DNA of 64,000 bases from NCBI RefSeq assembly GCF_018350175.1, contig NC_058368.1:47370001-47434000 (forward strand), in the 5' to 3' direction. This DNA comes from Felis catus. Its lineage: Eukaryota. The notes under the pieces were generated by a model. That model ran no database searches. It saw nothing but the letters and a program-made list of their open reading frames with translations, and had not been told where the DNA came from. Below, in pieces: positions 38,173-51,788 of the stretch (position 1 is the first letter of the stretch; each line of letters begins with the position of its first letter). Both the position numbers and the translations under genes were made by a program.

Positions 38173-39379
38173 CACACCTTGTTTTCCTTATGGGCTCCCT
38201 TGTTAACCAGATTTACTGCTACATCCCAACATTTTCTCAAACCCTTCTGAACTGATGAAAGTGACAGCATGGGAGTCCTAATAATCCATCACAACAGCCC
38301 TCTCTCCTATTTGCGTCGTGTTGGTGGCTGCTGCCTGGAAGGCTGGGGCCACACCAGTTTTCCCTGAGACTGCAGGGCTCCCATGGTCCTTGCATGGTAG
38401 CATTTCAACCTAGCAACAGCGCAGGAGATCGTGACATCAGAGCACTTCCCTTTGTCTTTGGTCCACTGAAAACACTCTTCTCTTCCTCTCTAAACTTGGC
38501 CATAGTTGGCAAAGTCCTTTCTGTGTCTATTAGGTAAAGCCAGATGAGAGCATTAATGGTGTACATCTGGGGCCAAAATTAAGCCTTACCAAATTCTCTC
38601 TCCCTGGCTACCCCTCCTCCCTCACCATGTTCTATAAGCCGACTTCCGCCCGAGGTTTCCTTTAGCCAGCTGTTTGCTCCTATTTTACATGATGGTTCTC
38701 AGTGTTCAGCAGGAACAAAGATCACTGATATTCCCATCGGGTTTATCAGAAGCAACTGAGAACAATGAGCTCTTTTTATGTTGAAAATAGAGATTTTGAA
38801 ATTATTCATAATCCTGCTTCTCCCAACACATTTCCATCCCCAATGGGCTCCTTTCACTAATTAGCTATGTAAGACTTTACACTCAATTAATCTTTTAGTT
38901 TTATTGGTAGGATATCTTGATCTTCCTTCCTGTATAACTGTGAAAATAACATATCATTTCAAATGGAGTCAGGAAGTCCAAAAGCGGGAGTTTTCACAGT
39001 CACTTGCCATAGGAAGCACAGCTCCACATTTCATTGTGGGCACCTAGTTTGTTCTACTATCCTAGTTTTATGCAGAATTCTTAAACAGCTCTTCACTCTT
39101 GACTCAATGGAATGTTTGTACAAAAATAAGCATTTAGTGTGTTTCAGGTACATGGCAAAGAATCTTCCACACACAGTCTATGAGGTAGGGATAAATCCCC
39201 CCATTTTTCATAAAAGGACGCTGGATCTCAGTAGTAACTTGCCCAAAATCATGGCGCTGAACAGGAAACCAGGTGAGTCTGACTCTGAGAGATTGTAAGA
39301 ACTGCAGAGCTTACACCATGTTGGGTTCTTCATTATGCTACAGCCTTGCACCTGTCAACTCAGCATCCTGGGGTGCCTC

Positions 39380-40625
39380 TGCTATGACACCAAAAACACT
39401 GGCAAAAGAAAAAAATACCTAAATAAGACTTCATCAAAATTAAAAAACTATGCAAAGAACCCTGTCAAGAAAGTGAAAAAACCACCCATAGACTGGGAAA
39501 AAATGTTTGCAAATCATGTATCTGATAAGCACTATCATCCCGGAATGTAAAAAGAATCCACAGTAACAAAAACAATTGAAAATTGGGCAAAGGACTTAAA
39601 TGGACATTTCTCAAAAGATACACACAAATAGCCAGTAAGTATATAAAAAGATGGTCAAGATAACAATTAGGGAAATGCAAATTAAAACCGTAATTAGTTA
39701 CCACTTCACACCTATACAATGGCTATTATTTAAAGAAACAAAAACAAAGCATTGGCAAGGATGCAGAGAAACTGGAATCCTTGAACATTGCTAATGGGAA
39801 TGTAAAATGGTACAGCCACTGTATGGAACAATATGGCAGTTCCTCAAAAAATTAATTCCACATTAAGCACAAGGTCCAGCGATTCTGCTTCTGGCTATAT
39901 ACCAAAAGGAATCAAAAGCAGGCACTTGACTAGATATTTAGATACCAATATTAAAAGCAGCATTATTCACAATAGCCAAGACAGAAACAACCCAAATATT
40001 CACTGGATGAATGGATAAACAAAATATGGTAGACATATTAATATGGAATATTTTTCAGCCTTAAAAAGGAATGAAATTCTCATACATAACAGAAGAATAT
40101 TTTTAATTTTTTTTTTAACATTTATTTTTGAGAGAGATAGACTACAAGCAGGGGATGGACAGAGAGAGAGAGGGAGACACAGAATCCGAAGCAGGCTCCA
40201 GGCTCTGAGCTGTCAGCACAGAGCCCAATGTGGGGCTCAAACCCATGAACCATAAGATCATGACCTGAGCTGAAGTCTGACCCTTAACCGACTGAACCAC
40301 CCAGCTGCGTCTATAATGGAAGAATCTTGAAAACCTAACACTTAGTGAAAAGAGACATGAAAGGACAAATACTGTATGATTTGACTTATATGAGGTACCT
40401 AGAATAGTCAAATTCACAGAAAAAAATAGAAAAATGTTCACCTAGAAAAATGGGCTAAAGGGAAGTGGGGAGTTACCACTTAATGGGTAGAATTTGTTTG
40501 GATAATAAGAAGTTTTAGATAGTGATGGTTGCACAACAGTGTGAATGTTGTTACTGTCACTGAACTGTAAAACCTAAAAATGGTTAAAATAGTAAATTTT
40601 ATGTTGCACACATTTTAAAATATAA
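39380..40625 (+). mobile_element. Old L1M 3' fragment with nested Can-SINE (-, ~40100-40310)
   Basis: ORF2 C-terminal-like peptide (WEKMFANHVSDK) and L1M 3'UTR. Confidence 0.82.
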
Positions 40626-40635
40626 AATAAGGCAA

Positions 40636-41015
40636 GGGGTGCCTGGATGGCTCAGTCAGTTAAGCATCTGACTTTTGATTTTGGCTCAGGTCATGACCTC
40701 ACAGTTTGTGGATTCAAGCCCCTTGTCGGTCGGGCTCTGTGCTGACAACATGGATCCTGCTTCAGATTCTCTCTCTTTGCCCCCCCCCCCCCCCGTTCGC
40801 TCTCTCTCACACACACAAAAAAACAAACATGAAAAAAAATGTAAAAATATATATACATAAAATGTGGCTTAGGGCACCTGGGGGAGGGGCAGAGAGACAC
40901 AGAATCCCAAGTGAGCTCCAGGCTCTGAGCTGTCAGCACAGAGCCTGACGAGGGGCTGGAACTCACAAACCAGGAGATCATGTGACTTGAAGTTGGACGC
41001 TTAACCCACCCAGGG
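40636..41015. mobile_element. Can-SINE (+) followed by a rearranged, mostly inverted SINE
   Basis: Head at 40636. The second unit at 40872 switches orientation. Confidence 0.8.
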
Positions 41016-41224
41016 GAAGCCTGGGCAATGCTAATATAGCTATCTCCTTTAAGTACCAGGAGAAAAATATTCCATTTCCTACCTCAAGCCTGATTTTACA
41101 CTGTAAGTTTAGTCTGCCCTCAAATAGTCTTCATTCACATGTAACTAATCAGCATCTAAATATAAGAATACCTACAGAAACACAAGTTGTACACACAAAA
41201 GCATAAACTAAATCAAAAGTACAT

Positions 41225-42949
41225 GCCAATACCACCAAAATGGTTTTATTTTTGTCACTGACAACATGCATAACACTGCCAATTGTATCATTATAATTTG
41301 TTTTGATTTTGTTAAATAGTACTTAAGTATGCATTAAAAATATATGTTTACATTTAAGTGTAACACATTAAAGTTCTTTGTAAACATACTCAATATATTT
41401 TCCTGCTTTGTTTCATACATAAATAACTTAATCTACAAAATCATAAATAAAACTATTAACTCTTGTGGCCTAAGGGTATATACAAATTTTGGAGCCTGAC
41501 AAATGTGTTCTCTTTATGATTTTGTAAGTAACAACATGCAATATATGCAGTGTTTATTAACAAATAAATGATTTAGCATCACAAGTCGTTATTGTCTCCC
41601 AACCAGGTTCTGCCAATAGACCTTCCAGTGCCCTTGGTAAAGAGGTTATCCACTTACAAAGTCAAAATAATTAAAAGATGAGATTTTTACAACAGTACAG
41701 AGGTTGCCACTTAGATACTACTAAGCCTTACTTTGTCTGAAGAAAAAAGCTGCTAGAGTAAATGCTTGTACTATCATTTAAAAGAATGCTAACAAAACCT
41801 AAAATAAGATCAGATTAAAATATTAGTCTTGGGGAAAATATCCCATTGAGATTCTGTTACAGGAGCAGAATTAACACTATTGTAAATTCCCCAAAATTTA
41901 TTTTGAACCATCACTTTGATTCATTAAAACTTTCAGGGAAAAAATAATGACACAAAAAAGTGACCTTAGAAAGTTGATACTTAAAATTCCTGATATAGAA
42001 CATTTGATTATTTACTTTTTGTTTAATGACCGCAAATATGTATTCCTTCAGAAAATATCATATTTGTTGAAAGATACTTCCTCTTTAGTGATTTATTAGA
42101 TACCCACTCAAATTTTTGTTCTGTAATAAAATTAAAGAATTTTGCCTGTTGGAAATGTTTCACTATGCTTTATTTTTCTAGGCCATCATGTTTAGAGTAT
42201 AAAACTTAGAAAAAAATATTATCAATTAATATTCTCATTAAATGTAAATAATCCAAATGATAAATAAAACTAAGCACTGTCATTACTTTTAAAATCTAAG
42301 TTTCTAAGTTTTATTTTTCAGTCAATACAAAAACAATCTGGTTCATACGATTAACTGCCAGAAAAACTTCTGTTTAAAAAACTAAATATTCTTTGTTAAA
42401 GAGCAGATGAAAACAATGATTTCCATGCTCTTATAAGAAAGATTCTGATATACCTAAGTCTAAATCAAATCCATAAATAAGGTGGCTGAAATTCTGTCAA
42501 CTTTTAACCCAATACAACATGAATCCACGGTTATTTTGCATAAACAATTCAAAATTAAATTTTATAATGGAAATGTCAACAAGTCATAACTACTACATTA
42601 CTTCTGATGGGCTCCACTATACTTCAACCAGGCACAGCAGATGTGCACATCTGATAGACAGACTGCTTAGAAAATTAAAGCTATCAGAGCTATAAATAAG
42701 GAATACATAAATATGAACCAGCATTAGAGCTGTTAAAAAAAAGTAAGATGTGATGTAAACACATCTGATAGTTCTCTCTGTAAGCCATTTTCCACTGATT
42801 TATAAAGCTATGGTTTTATAATTCTTTTAAAAAGGAAAATGTTTCTACACTGCTGCATGCAGTAATTTCATTGTACATTCTTGACTACAATGCAATCTTC
42901 AAATCCTCTTGAAGAGCCTGACATATCTCATCAGGATTTCTCCAGAAAG
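41225..42949 (-). other. MZT1: MZT1 3'UTR with candidate poly(A) signal AATAAA at 41245-41250
   Basis: Repeat-free AT-rich tract downstream of the stop. TTTATT on the + strand at 41245-41250, with others e.g. 41553-41558. The true 3' end is inferred. Confidence 0.6.
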
Positions 42950-42973
42950 TCAGCTTGTCGCATTTTCAGCAGC
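42950..42973 (-). CDS. MZT1: MZT1 coding exon 3 (terminal), AAENATS-stop
   Basis: Acceptor TTCTTGTTCTAG| then GCT GCT GAA AAT GCG ACA AGC TGA. Resembles the recalled human C-terminus AAENMTS. The spliced CDS gives 80 aa. Confidence 0.93.
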   Translation of the reverse strand, partial: AAENATS

Positions 42974-45165
42974 CTAGAACAAGAAAGTAAGTTTCATTAT
43001 AATAAAATCATGGAAAAGACACCACAGAGATATATTTGTCAATACTGTACTGTCATTAACAAACAATTCCTCCCCCACATATACCAAGCCACTTGCATCA
43101 GGATAATGCAGTGTTTTTCACTTTTTTGCAGTACATTAGAACTACCTTTTGAACTGACTGCTAGCCTAACAGTGGAAAATTGTTATATCACCTTAATGCA
43201 GTTAACGTAAAAATAAAAATATACTGCTACTGGAAAAACTGACCCACAGCAGACCTTGTCCACACACTGTATCCACCTTATCCAGTCTTTATTGGTTTAT
43301 CTGTTTCTGCAGGTTTCATTTTAGTGTGAAAAGGGGATTAAGAATGAAAAAGACCTTTCTGTTACAGGGCAGAGAAAAAAAGGGCAAAAGGAATACTGAA
43401 CACATGGCTAATCCTGCTTCACCTATTCCACCAACTTGTATACTTTCCCTGATTATTCTGCAGGAATTTCCAGACACTATATTATTATCAGTAAATGATT
43501 TGATACAGATTTCTAAAAGATAAAAATTTAAACAAGTAATTTCTTAATTCCAAATATGAAAATGATGATTTTAAACAAGTGTTTCAGAAATACAGAGTAA
43601 ACTTGTAATTCATGTATGTTTCAACTTCATAATTAAAACTTGCTTTTATGTTTAGTCTAAGTCCGAAGGCCTTTCATGAAAATCATTTAACGTGCTGGGA
43701 AAATTGTAGTTCTCAATCTGAAACCTTCTCTCTGCAATCAACAGAACCTACCTCGTCCAGATAGTTGGCTATTCTAATTAGCCTTTCGCTTCTTTAGGTT
43801 TATTATTCACAAGGATTAGAAAACTAGTTTGAAAAACATTCCCCTTATTCTAAAAGATTTCTTACTTCTTTCTACCTTTATAGGTTCTTATATTAGTTTT
43901 AGCTACATACCTTTAGGCACTTTGTCTTCTTCCTAACCTACTTTTTAGTATCATCTACTTCAAAGAAGACTTGAAATAATATAGACAACTACAGAAATTT
44001 TTAAAAATTAAAGTACCTTTAACTTTTTGTCCAGCCGCATTCCATTTTCATACGAATTTTAGAGATTCTCCTCCAAGATACAGACATTGAAATAAGTATT
44101 TTCACCTAAACTAAGCAAACCATTAACCCTGTACAGCATTCCCATTACATGAATGTAGCACTACTCTGTTTGAAAGGACAGTAATGGCATCCTAGAGAAC
44201 TAGTTACCAGATTGTCATTAGAGACTCCAAAATCTCGTAAGCATTGGCCCTGGGGAAAAACCAACCTTAACAAGTCTTGTCTTTCACACTTCCCTTTCCT
44301 GTGTACATTTATTCCCTCCTTTGGGAGGATGGGTGGGGACACAAGACTTATTGAATCTCTCATTTCTCTCCCAGCTGTCTCCAATGTCCTCATGCTGTAC
44401 AAGATGTTCATACAGTGAGGAGACACGTCGGTCACCCTAAGATATCATCATACAGGACAGCTGCAAGAGAAAGGGCAAGGCTTATTCTGCATAGGAATGC
44501 ATCAACAGTACAATTCAAGGCCCCTTGGCACTAAAAGTAGAAGATACAGGAAAGTAGGTTTTGCCCAGAATTTCTGAAATCACAATGTGTGAATGATTAC
44601 TTACACATAAATACTAGCTCTAAGGAGACAATACCAAAATTCAGTGTTGATAGATCATTCATAAAAATAAAGTCTATTTTTTAAAAACTGTACCTAACGT
44701 CCTATCTATGCTGTGAGAGATACACATAATGTGACATATCTATTGATGCTTAAGAAACGGACCTAATTGTGTTACACACAACCAGTTACTTTTACTATAA
44801 ATGACTTAAACATTATCAGTATACAAATCTATGAGAAAGAAAGGCAAAATAATTAATGAAGAATGGTTGCAATTTTCTACAGTTAACTAAAGAACAAAGG
44901 AAAAACTGGATGTTTCAGACCAACAGCTCCTTGCAACATTTCAGGATGTCCTCGATTTATATTTTACACATTCTAAAATAGAGTTAAGTACCATACAATT
45001 ATATTCTAATCACCAGGATTTCAAGGTAAAGGCAGTAAAACACAATAGGAACAGTTTTTCCTTACCCTATTTTTAGTTTTGAAAGAAAAAGTATGAGAGA
45101 AATTAATTACTAGCAACCACCCAAAAAGGGGAAAACAACCATACATTTAAAAAGTCTGTAAAGAT

Positions 45166-45370
45166 GGGGCGCCTGGGTGGCTCAGTCGGTTGAGCATCCG
45201 ACTTTGGCTCAGGTCATGATCTCACAGCTCATGAGTTCAAGCCCCACGTCAGGCTCTGTGCTGAAAGCTCGGAGCCTGGAGCCTGTTTCAGATTCTGTGT
45301 CTCCCTCTCTCTGCCCCTCCCCAACTCATACTCTGTCTCTGTCAAATATAAACAAACATTAAAAAAAAAA
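45166..45370 (+). mobile_element. Can-SINE in MZT1 intron 2
   Basis: Flanked by a duplicated TTTAAAAAGTCTGTAAAGA. Confidence 0.92.
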
Positions 45371-45631
45371 TTTAAAAAGTCTGTAAAGAGTAAAGAGTGG
45401 TCAAGGAAAGACAGGTGTGGTTCACATTATTTTTAAAGTAGCATACCATCTAGAATGGTATTTGCCAAATATCACTGGTTATCTTGTGGGTGATTCTGAA
45501 GGATTTGTTTCCTTCTTTAATACAAATTATATACAGATTTCAAAAATGCCTTTAAAGAAAACATGAAAAAGTTCTAATTAACAATTTTCTTCTTTGCTAC
45601 AAACTCTTCAGGATTCTCCTCCCGGTTTGTG

Positions 45632-45654
45632 TTTTTTTTTTTTTAAATATTTAT

Positions 45655-45693
<39 letters not shown>

Positions 45694-45863
45694 GCCTGCA
45701 AACAGGAAGGGGAAGAGAGAGACAGGGAGAGCCAGAATCCTAAGTAGATTCTGCATGGTCAGTGTGGGGCCAATGCAAGGCTCGAACTCATGAACTGTGA
45801 GATCATGATCTGAACTGAAATCAAGAGTTGGACACTTAACCAACTGAGCCACCCAGTGCCCCA
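45632..45863 (-). mobile_element. Can-SINE in MZT1 intron 2
   Basis: T tail, (GA)n and SINE body. Confidence 0.9.
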
Positions 45864-45899
45864 AGTCTGAATAGATTTTATAATTATTTAAAAACCTGA

Positions 45900-47345
45900 C
45901 TAAAAGAACTTAGTAATCTTACATGCACAGTTAACAAAAGGTTCACATTCAGAATACTTAAGGAAAGACTACCAGTAAAAAAGGGAAAATAAGCCAGAAA
46001 AAATGGGCAAGCAACTTGAAACGGTTATCTCGCAAAAGAAAATGGCCAAAAATATGTAAGCACATTCAACCTCACTGGTATTAGAAGAAATGCAAATAAA
46101 ACCATATAAGAAACCTACACATACCCAGCAAAAATGACTAAAATTAAAAACACTCCCAATATTAAGTATTGACAAAGACGTGGAGCAAGGAAGGGAAATT
46201 CGCATGCTGCTGCTGGAAACAGAAATTAGCACAACTACTTTAGAAGAGTTTAGCATTATCTATTCAAGTTGAAGATAAACATAACCTAACAACCAAGAAA
46301 CTTTATTTCTAGAATACACACCCAAAGGAAATGCACACATATATGCATCACGAGACATGGACAACTATACTCACAGCAGCATATTCCTAATAGCCTCACA
46401 CTGGAAGCAATCGAATGTCCACACAAGGTAGAAAGGATAAATAAATAGTAGTATATTTGTGTAATGAAGCATGATTATTCCAGTGGAAAGGACTGTGTTA
46501 CAGCTACACACAACATAAATGACCCTCACATGATCCCACTCATAAGTGGAATCCAAAAAACAAAAACAAAATCAGAATCAGACCTATAAAAAGTGAACAA
46601 ACTGATGGTTGCAGAAGGGAGCAGGGAGGCAGATGGGCACAACGCGTGAGGGGAGAGGGAGAGACAGGCTTCCAGTTACAGAATGAATAAGTCACAGGAA
46701 TAAAAGGCGAGGCATCAAGAAATATAGTGATGTCATGGGACAGATGGCAGCTTTTGGTGAACATATAACATAGTATAAACCTGTCAAGTCACTAAGTTGT
46801 ACACCTGAAATTAATGTAACATTGTATGTCAACTATACTCAAAAAAACCAGAACACAAAAACTCTCTCAAACATGTTAAATGGGGGCACCTTGGTGGCTC
46901 AGTCAGTTAAGCCTCTGACTTCAGCGTGGGTACTGATCTCGTGGTGCGTGGAGTTCAAGCCCCGTGTCGGGCTCTGTGTTGACAGCTCAGAGCCTGGATA
47001 GAGCCTGCTTCAGATTCTGTGTCTCCCTCTCTCTGCCCCTCCCCTGCTCATGCTCATGCTCTGTCTCTCTCTCAAAAATAAAGATTAAAAAAAAACATAA
47101 TGTTAAATGAAGAACTAGGTAAAGACTGTGCTCTAAGATTCTCTTTATATCAAGCTCGAAAATTTTATAAAATTAGCCTGCAGTGTTTAAAGACCCATGT
47201 TAGACAGTAAAACTGTTCAAAGAAAGTATCTACCATAAAGGTCAGGACAGTAGCTACTGGAAGGGGAACAGGACACGTTAGTGATGGGGGAGCTCCCAGC
47301 AACTTCTGGGTGCTGGCAGTGAGAACTGTACAGATAGTCTCTTTA
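45900..47345 (+). mobile_element. Old L1M fragment with nested carnivore L1 3' end (~46530-46850) and Can-SINE (46881-47096)
   Basis: L1 3' features. The nested segment resembles 10694-11092. Confidence 0.7.
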
Positions 47346-48114
47346 TGATAAATTTTTGCTCTGTTTACCTTTTTGTGTTAGTTTCCTTCCTAAAGAACCC
47401 TAGCCTTCTTTCATTTTGTCCCGGTTGCTTTCAGTCAGGTTGGCAGTGTTCTGTGCACAGACAGTTGACTGCATCTAGGAGTCATGCACATAATCTCCTT
47501 ACCACATCCACACCCTGGGCCTTCTCTCCAGAGCACGCTCTGGGGTAAGGCTGATAATTTTCCAAATCAAGTGGTGGTTCCTTTTCACTTACCAGTTCCT
47601 TCCTTGATTTCTCATTCCTCTTATATTTTATTTTTCAGTAGCAAAGGAAAAATCAGACTGCACTTTCCACACTTTGCTAGGAAATTTCCTCTGCTAGCTA
47701 TCCAAGTTCATCACTTACAAGTTTTATTTTTCTTCCAATAGTAAAACATAATTGAGCCAAGTGCTCTGTCACTTTATAGCAAGGACAACCTTCCCTCCAG
47801 AGTTCAATAATATGATCCTCATGAGGTCTCACCAGAAGCCCCTTTAACGTCCATTATTTCCAGTAACATTCTGTTCATAATAATGTGTGTATTCTCTAAG
47901 ACAAACAAAGCTTTCCGTACAGCTCTCCTCTCTTTTCTGTGCCCTCACCAGAACTGCTTTTAATGTCCACATTTCTACCAAGTTTTTTCAAGGAAATCTG
48001 GGCTCTATTAAGTGGTGTAAAATTTTCCCACCTCAACCCATCACCCAATTCCAAAGCCACTTCCTCACTTGTAGGTGTTTATTACAACAGCACCCCACTT
48101 TCTAAAAGTGAAAT

Positions 48115-48549
48115 CTGAGTTAGATTTCTAGAGCTGCCATCACCAGGTTCCAAACAAACTGGGTGGCTGAAAACAACAGAGATTTATTTTCTCACAGTTC
48201 TAAAGGCTAGAAGTCCAACAGCAAGGAGTCAGAAGGCTCTAGCAGAAGATCCTTCCTTGCCTCTTCCTAGCTTCTGATGGCTGCCAACAATCCTTGGCCA
48301 CCACTCTCATCTCTGCCTCCACTGTCACAAGCCATTCTCTCATGTCTGTCTGTGTCTCCACATGGCACTCTTTTCGTGTATCTTGGTCCAAATTTTCCTT
48401 GTCTAATAAGAACATCGCTCATTAATCCATTATGAGCTCACCTTAACTTAATTACACCTGCTGATACACTATTTCCAAGTAAGGTCACATTCACAGGTAC
48501 CGGCCTTGAACATATCTTTTTGGGCACAGACACAACGTTAGTCACAACA
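48115..48549 (-). mobile_element. MaLR LTR (MLT1-like)
   Basis: AACTGGGTGGCTGAAAACAACAGAGATTTATT...AAGGTCACATTCACAGGTAC. Confidence 0.8.
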
Positions 48550-48774
48550 CAAGGAAAATTCTAAACACAGCTGGAGACTTCTGTGAGAGACAACATGGTC
48601 CACGATAGTAGCAATTTTTGTAGTTGAACATATGCTACAAAGATCCTGGTTTTCAGAATTTCTAATGGTGACAGAAGTTAATTTAATAACATTTAACTAG
48701 GATCTTTCACATAAATCCATTAAAAAATAAAAAAGTATTTTTATTTACAATGAACTAACATACAAATCTCTAAC

Positions 48775-48920
48775 CTTTAGTGCTTCAGTGGCCTTGCGAA
48801 GTTCCTTAATAACCGACGATAAAGCTTCTGGGTTAATTCCTTGTTCACAAAGACGTACACAAATAGACAGAGTTTCCATATCTAAGCCAGTATTCAAAAT
48901 TCTTGAAATTTCCAACAGAA
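48775..48920 (-). CDS. MZT1: MZT1 coding exon 2
   Basis: Acceptor TCTTTTTCAG|TT, 146 nt, phase-compatible with exon 1. Encodes (V)[48 protein letters not shown], the MOZART1 core. Donor AAG|GTTAGA. Confidence 0.97.
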
Positions 48921-51344
48921 CTGAAAAAGACATTGAGAAAACTTCAAAAAAATTACATTTAAAAATATGCACACATTACTGTTTTTAATTCATAGAATAC
49001 TGCACAATATCAAAGAACTAGCACAGCATCCCTAGATTTTGAAATTGTCAAGTATACTGTCTTGCTCTTACTTAGTCCTAGAACCAAAACTAGACTTACA
49101 TCACCCTCCCTCCTCATAACTGCATTTTACATTGTGATTTATATTCTACCACTCACTTAATATCTTAAGTATATGCATCATAATCAGGATTATTCTGAAC
49201 ATTTCCCCATTTTTTAGTAACCTTTTACAATGTAATTTAGTCACATTAACATCCCATTATATGAAAACACCATACATTACTTAGCTACTCTATTTTAAGA
49301 GTTAAGTGGGTCTCATGTTTCCCCCCACTGAAGTAATACTGTGATAAGCATCTGTACATACTAATTTCATTTTATTAGGATAAATTCCTAGAAGTGGAAT
49401 TGTTCAGTAATGTACATATTTAAGGCTTTAAAAGTGCTTAGAAGCGTCTACAATTTGACAGACTCATGTCTGTTAAAATCTAATAGTAAAAAACAAAAGT
49501 TTATTTTTTAACTTCATTTTTTATAGTTACTTCATTTTATTGTAGTTTATAAAAGTAATTGACATGAGAAACACTAGCAAAAAGCAGCACAGAATATAAA
49601 TACATTGGCTTCATTAAATTTTGTTTTATGGTGGTTGTTCCCCAGAGCATGTTTAGAATTTGTTAAGTCAATGGTCAACATATTATCTATTGCTTCCTGT
49701 ATTATTTTCTCTTGGCATTATATTTAGAAGGTTATTCCCCATGCAAAGATTATAGAATTATCCATCAGTATATCCTTCCGTCACTTCAAAGTTTATTTCC
49801 TGCCCACCTATAAACATTTAAATATTTAACTCCCTGGAGTTCGGGTGGAAAATAGGATCTGAAATAAGTTCACTGCCTCAATACTATTTGTTGAGTGACT
49901 TATATTTTTACCATTCAATTAAGATGCCACCTTTATCACATAGTAAATTCCCATTTACCTATGGATTTGTTGCATGTCTATCTTATTTAATTACTAACTT
50001 TTATCAGCATGTAGAAGGTTCAAGATTCTTTGTAATCTTTCATTTTTGTAAGCTTTTTTGTTCTCTCAGTGAACATAAAAATCCTGATCAATTCCAAAAA
50101 CAAACTCCAGGTGGATTCTGACTTGCATTGCATAAAAACTACGGTGTTGAATGGACAAGTTAACAATACTGAATGATCCATTAAGTCTAACTCCTTCTGA
50201 AAACTATTACACTATTCACAATGTGCATGAAATGGACCCTTTTCACCTTTTTATATTAGACATTCATTTTCATCTCCAGAATTTCAAGTTTTTAAAAAAA
50301 AAAGTCTCCCATGCCTCTAATTAATTTTTTGAACACATGGAGTACAGTTCTAAGGTCCTTGTCTTGCTAATTCTAACTGTGTCAATTTTGGGTCTGTTTC
50401 AACTGATTCAATTTTCTCCTATCATTGGTTGCATTTTCCTGCTTTGTATACTTAATAATTTTTTATTAGATGCTTGACATTATAAATTTTACCTTGTTGG
50501 TTGATAAGTATTTCTGTACATATTCTTAAGCTTTGTAATGAGATGCAGTTAACTGAAAACAGTTTGAGTCATTTAAGATTTACATAGTCAGGATTAGAGC
50601 CCTGTTTAGTGCACAGCTAACTGTTCCTCATCACTGAGGAAAGATGCTCCTGAGTACTATACTCAATGCCTCGTGAATTATGAAGCTTTCCATTCCGGCT
50701 GGTAGAGAGAAGCCTTGTATAAGCACGGTGTACTGTTCCTTCTAATTCTTTTGGATGCGTTTTCTAGCTTTTTGGGTACTTTCCTCATACATAGGTGCTA
50801 ATCAATGCTCTTCTGAATATTTGAGGAGGACCCTTCTCCTGATCTCCAGAATCCTCTCTCTGTAAGCTCTTTCCTCTCAGGTATTCTGTCTTGCAAACTC
50901 TACCTGCCTTGGTCTCCCTGGACTCAATAACCTCCTTTTGCTAACTCAGGGGGTCCAAAGAGTTCTACCTGGGTTCGCAACACCCCCCAACTGCTGGGAA
51001 CTCTCTAAAGGTACCAAGAACAGGAAAGTACTGGGCTCACTTCATTTACTGTGCTTAGGATCACTTTCCTTCACAGCCTGCTGTCCAGTGTCTTGAAAAC
51101 CATTGTTCTGTATCGGTTTTGTTGTTGTTTTCCAGGCAGGAGGGTAAATCCGGGTTGTTCCTCCACCATGGCTGGAAGCTGACAGCCCTTTCCATTTCAT
51201 TTCTTCAGTCTGGATATGCCAACATACCAATAATGCTCTTCAGCTGTATGTAGGCTGTAATTTATGTTATGTTGAATTTATTTCACTAACTCTATTTTGA
51301 GATTTCTAATTTCCCCTCAGAATTGCTTGTTGTTTTTAAGTTTA

Positions 51345-51788
51345 TCTGAACTTTTTAATGTTTATTCACTTTTTGAGAGACAGAGAGAGACCACGCGTGC
51401 GTGCGCACGAGTGGGGAGCGGGGAGAGAGGGAGACACACAATCTGAAGCAGGCTCAAGGTTCTGAGCTGTCAGCACAGAGCCCAACATGGGGCTTGAATT
51501 CAAGAAGCCCTGAGATCATGAGCTGGCTGAAGTCAGACGCTTAACCAACTGAGCCACCCAGGTGCCTCTATTTAACTATTTTTGAAAGACAGAGCAGGAA
51601 AGAGTGCAAGTAACGGTGGGGAGTGGGGGTGGGGGTGGGCAGAGAGAGAGGGAAAGAAGAGAATCTCAAGCAGGCTCTGCCCAGTCAGCAAGGAGCCCCA
51701 ACGTGGGGCTAGATCCCATGAACTGTTAGATCAAGACCTGAGCTGAGATCAAGAGTTGGGACGCTTAACCCTGAGTGACCCAGTGCCT
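51345..51788 (-). mobile_element. Two tandem Can-SINEs in MZT1 intron 1
   Basis: Two SINE bodies ending at ~51567 and ~51788. Confidence 0.87.
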
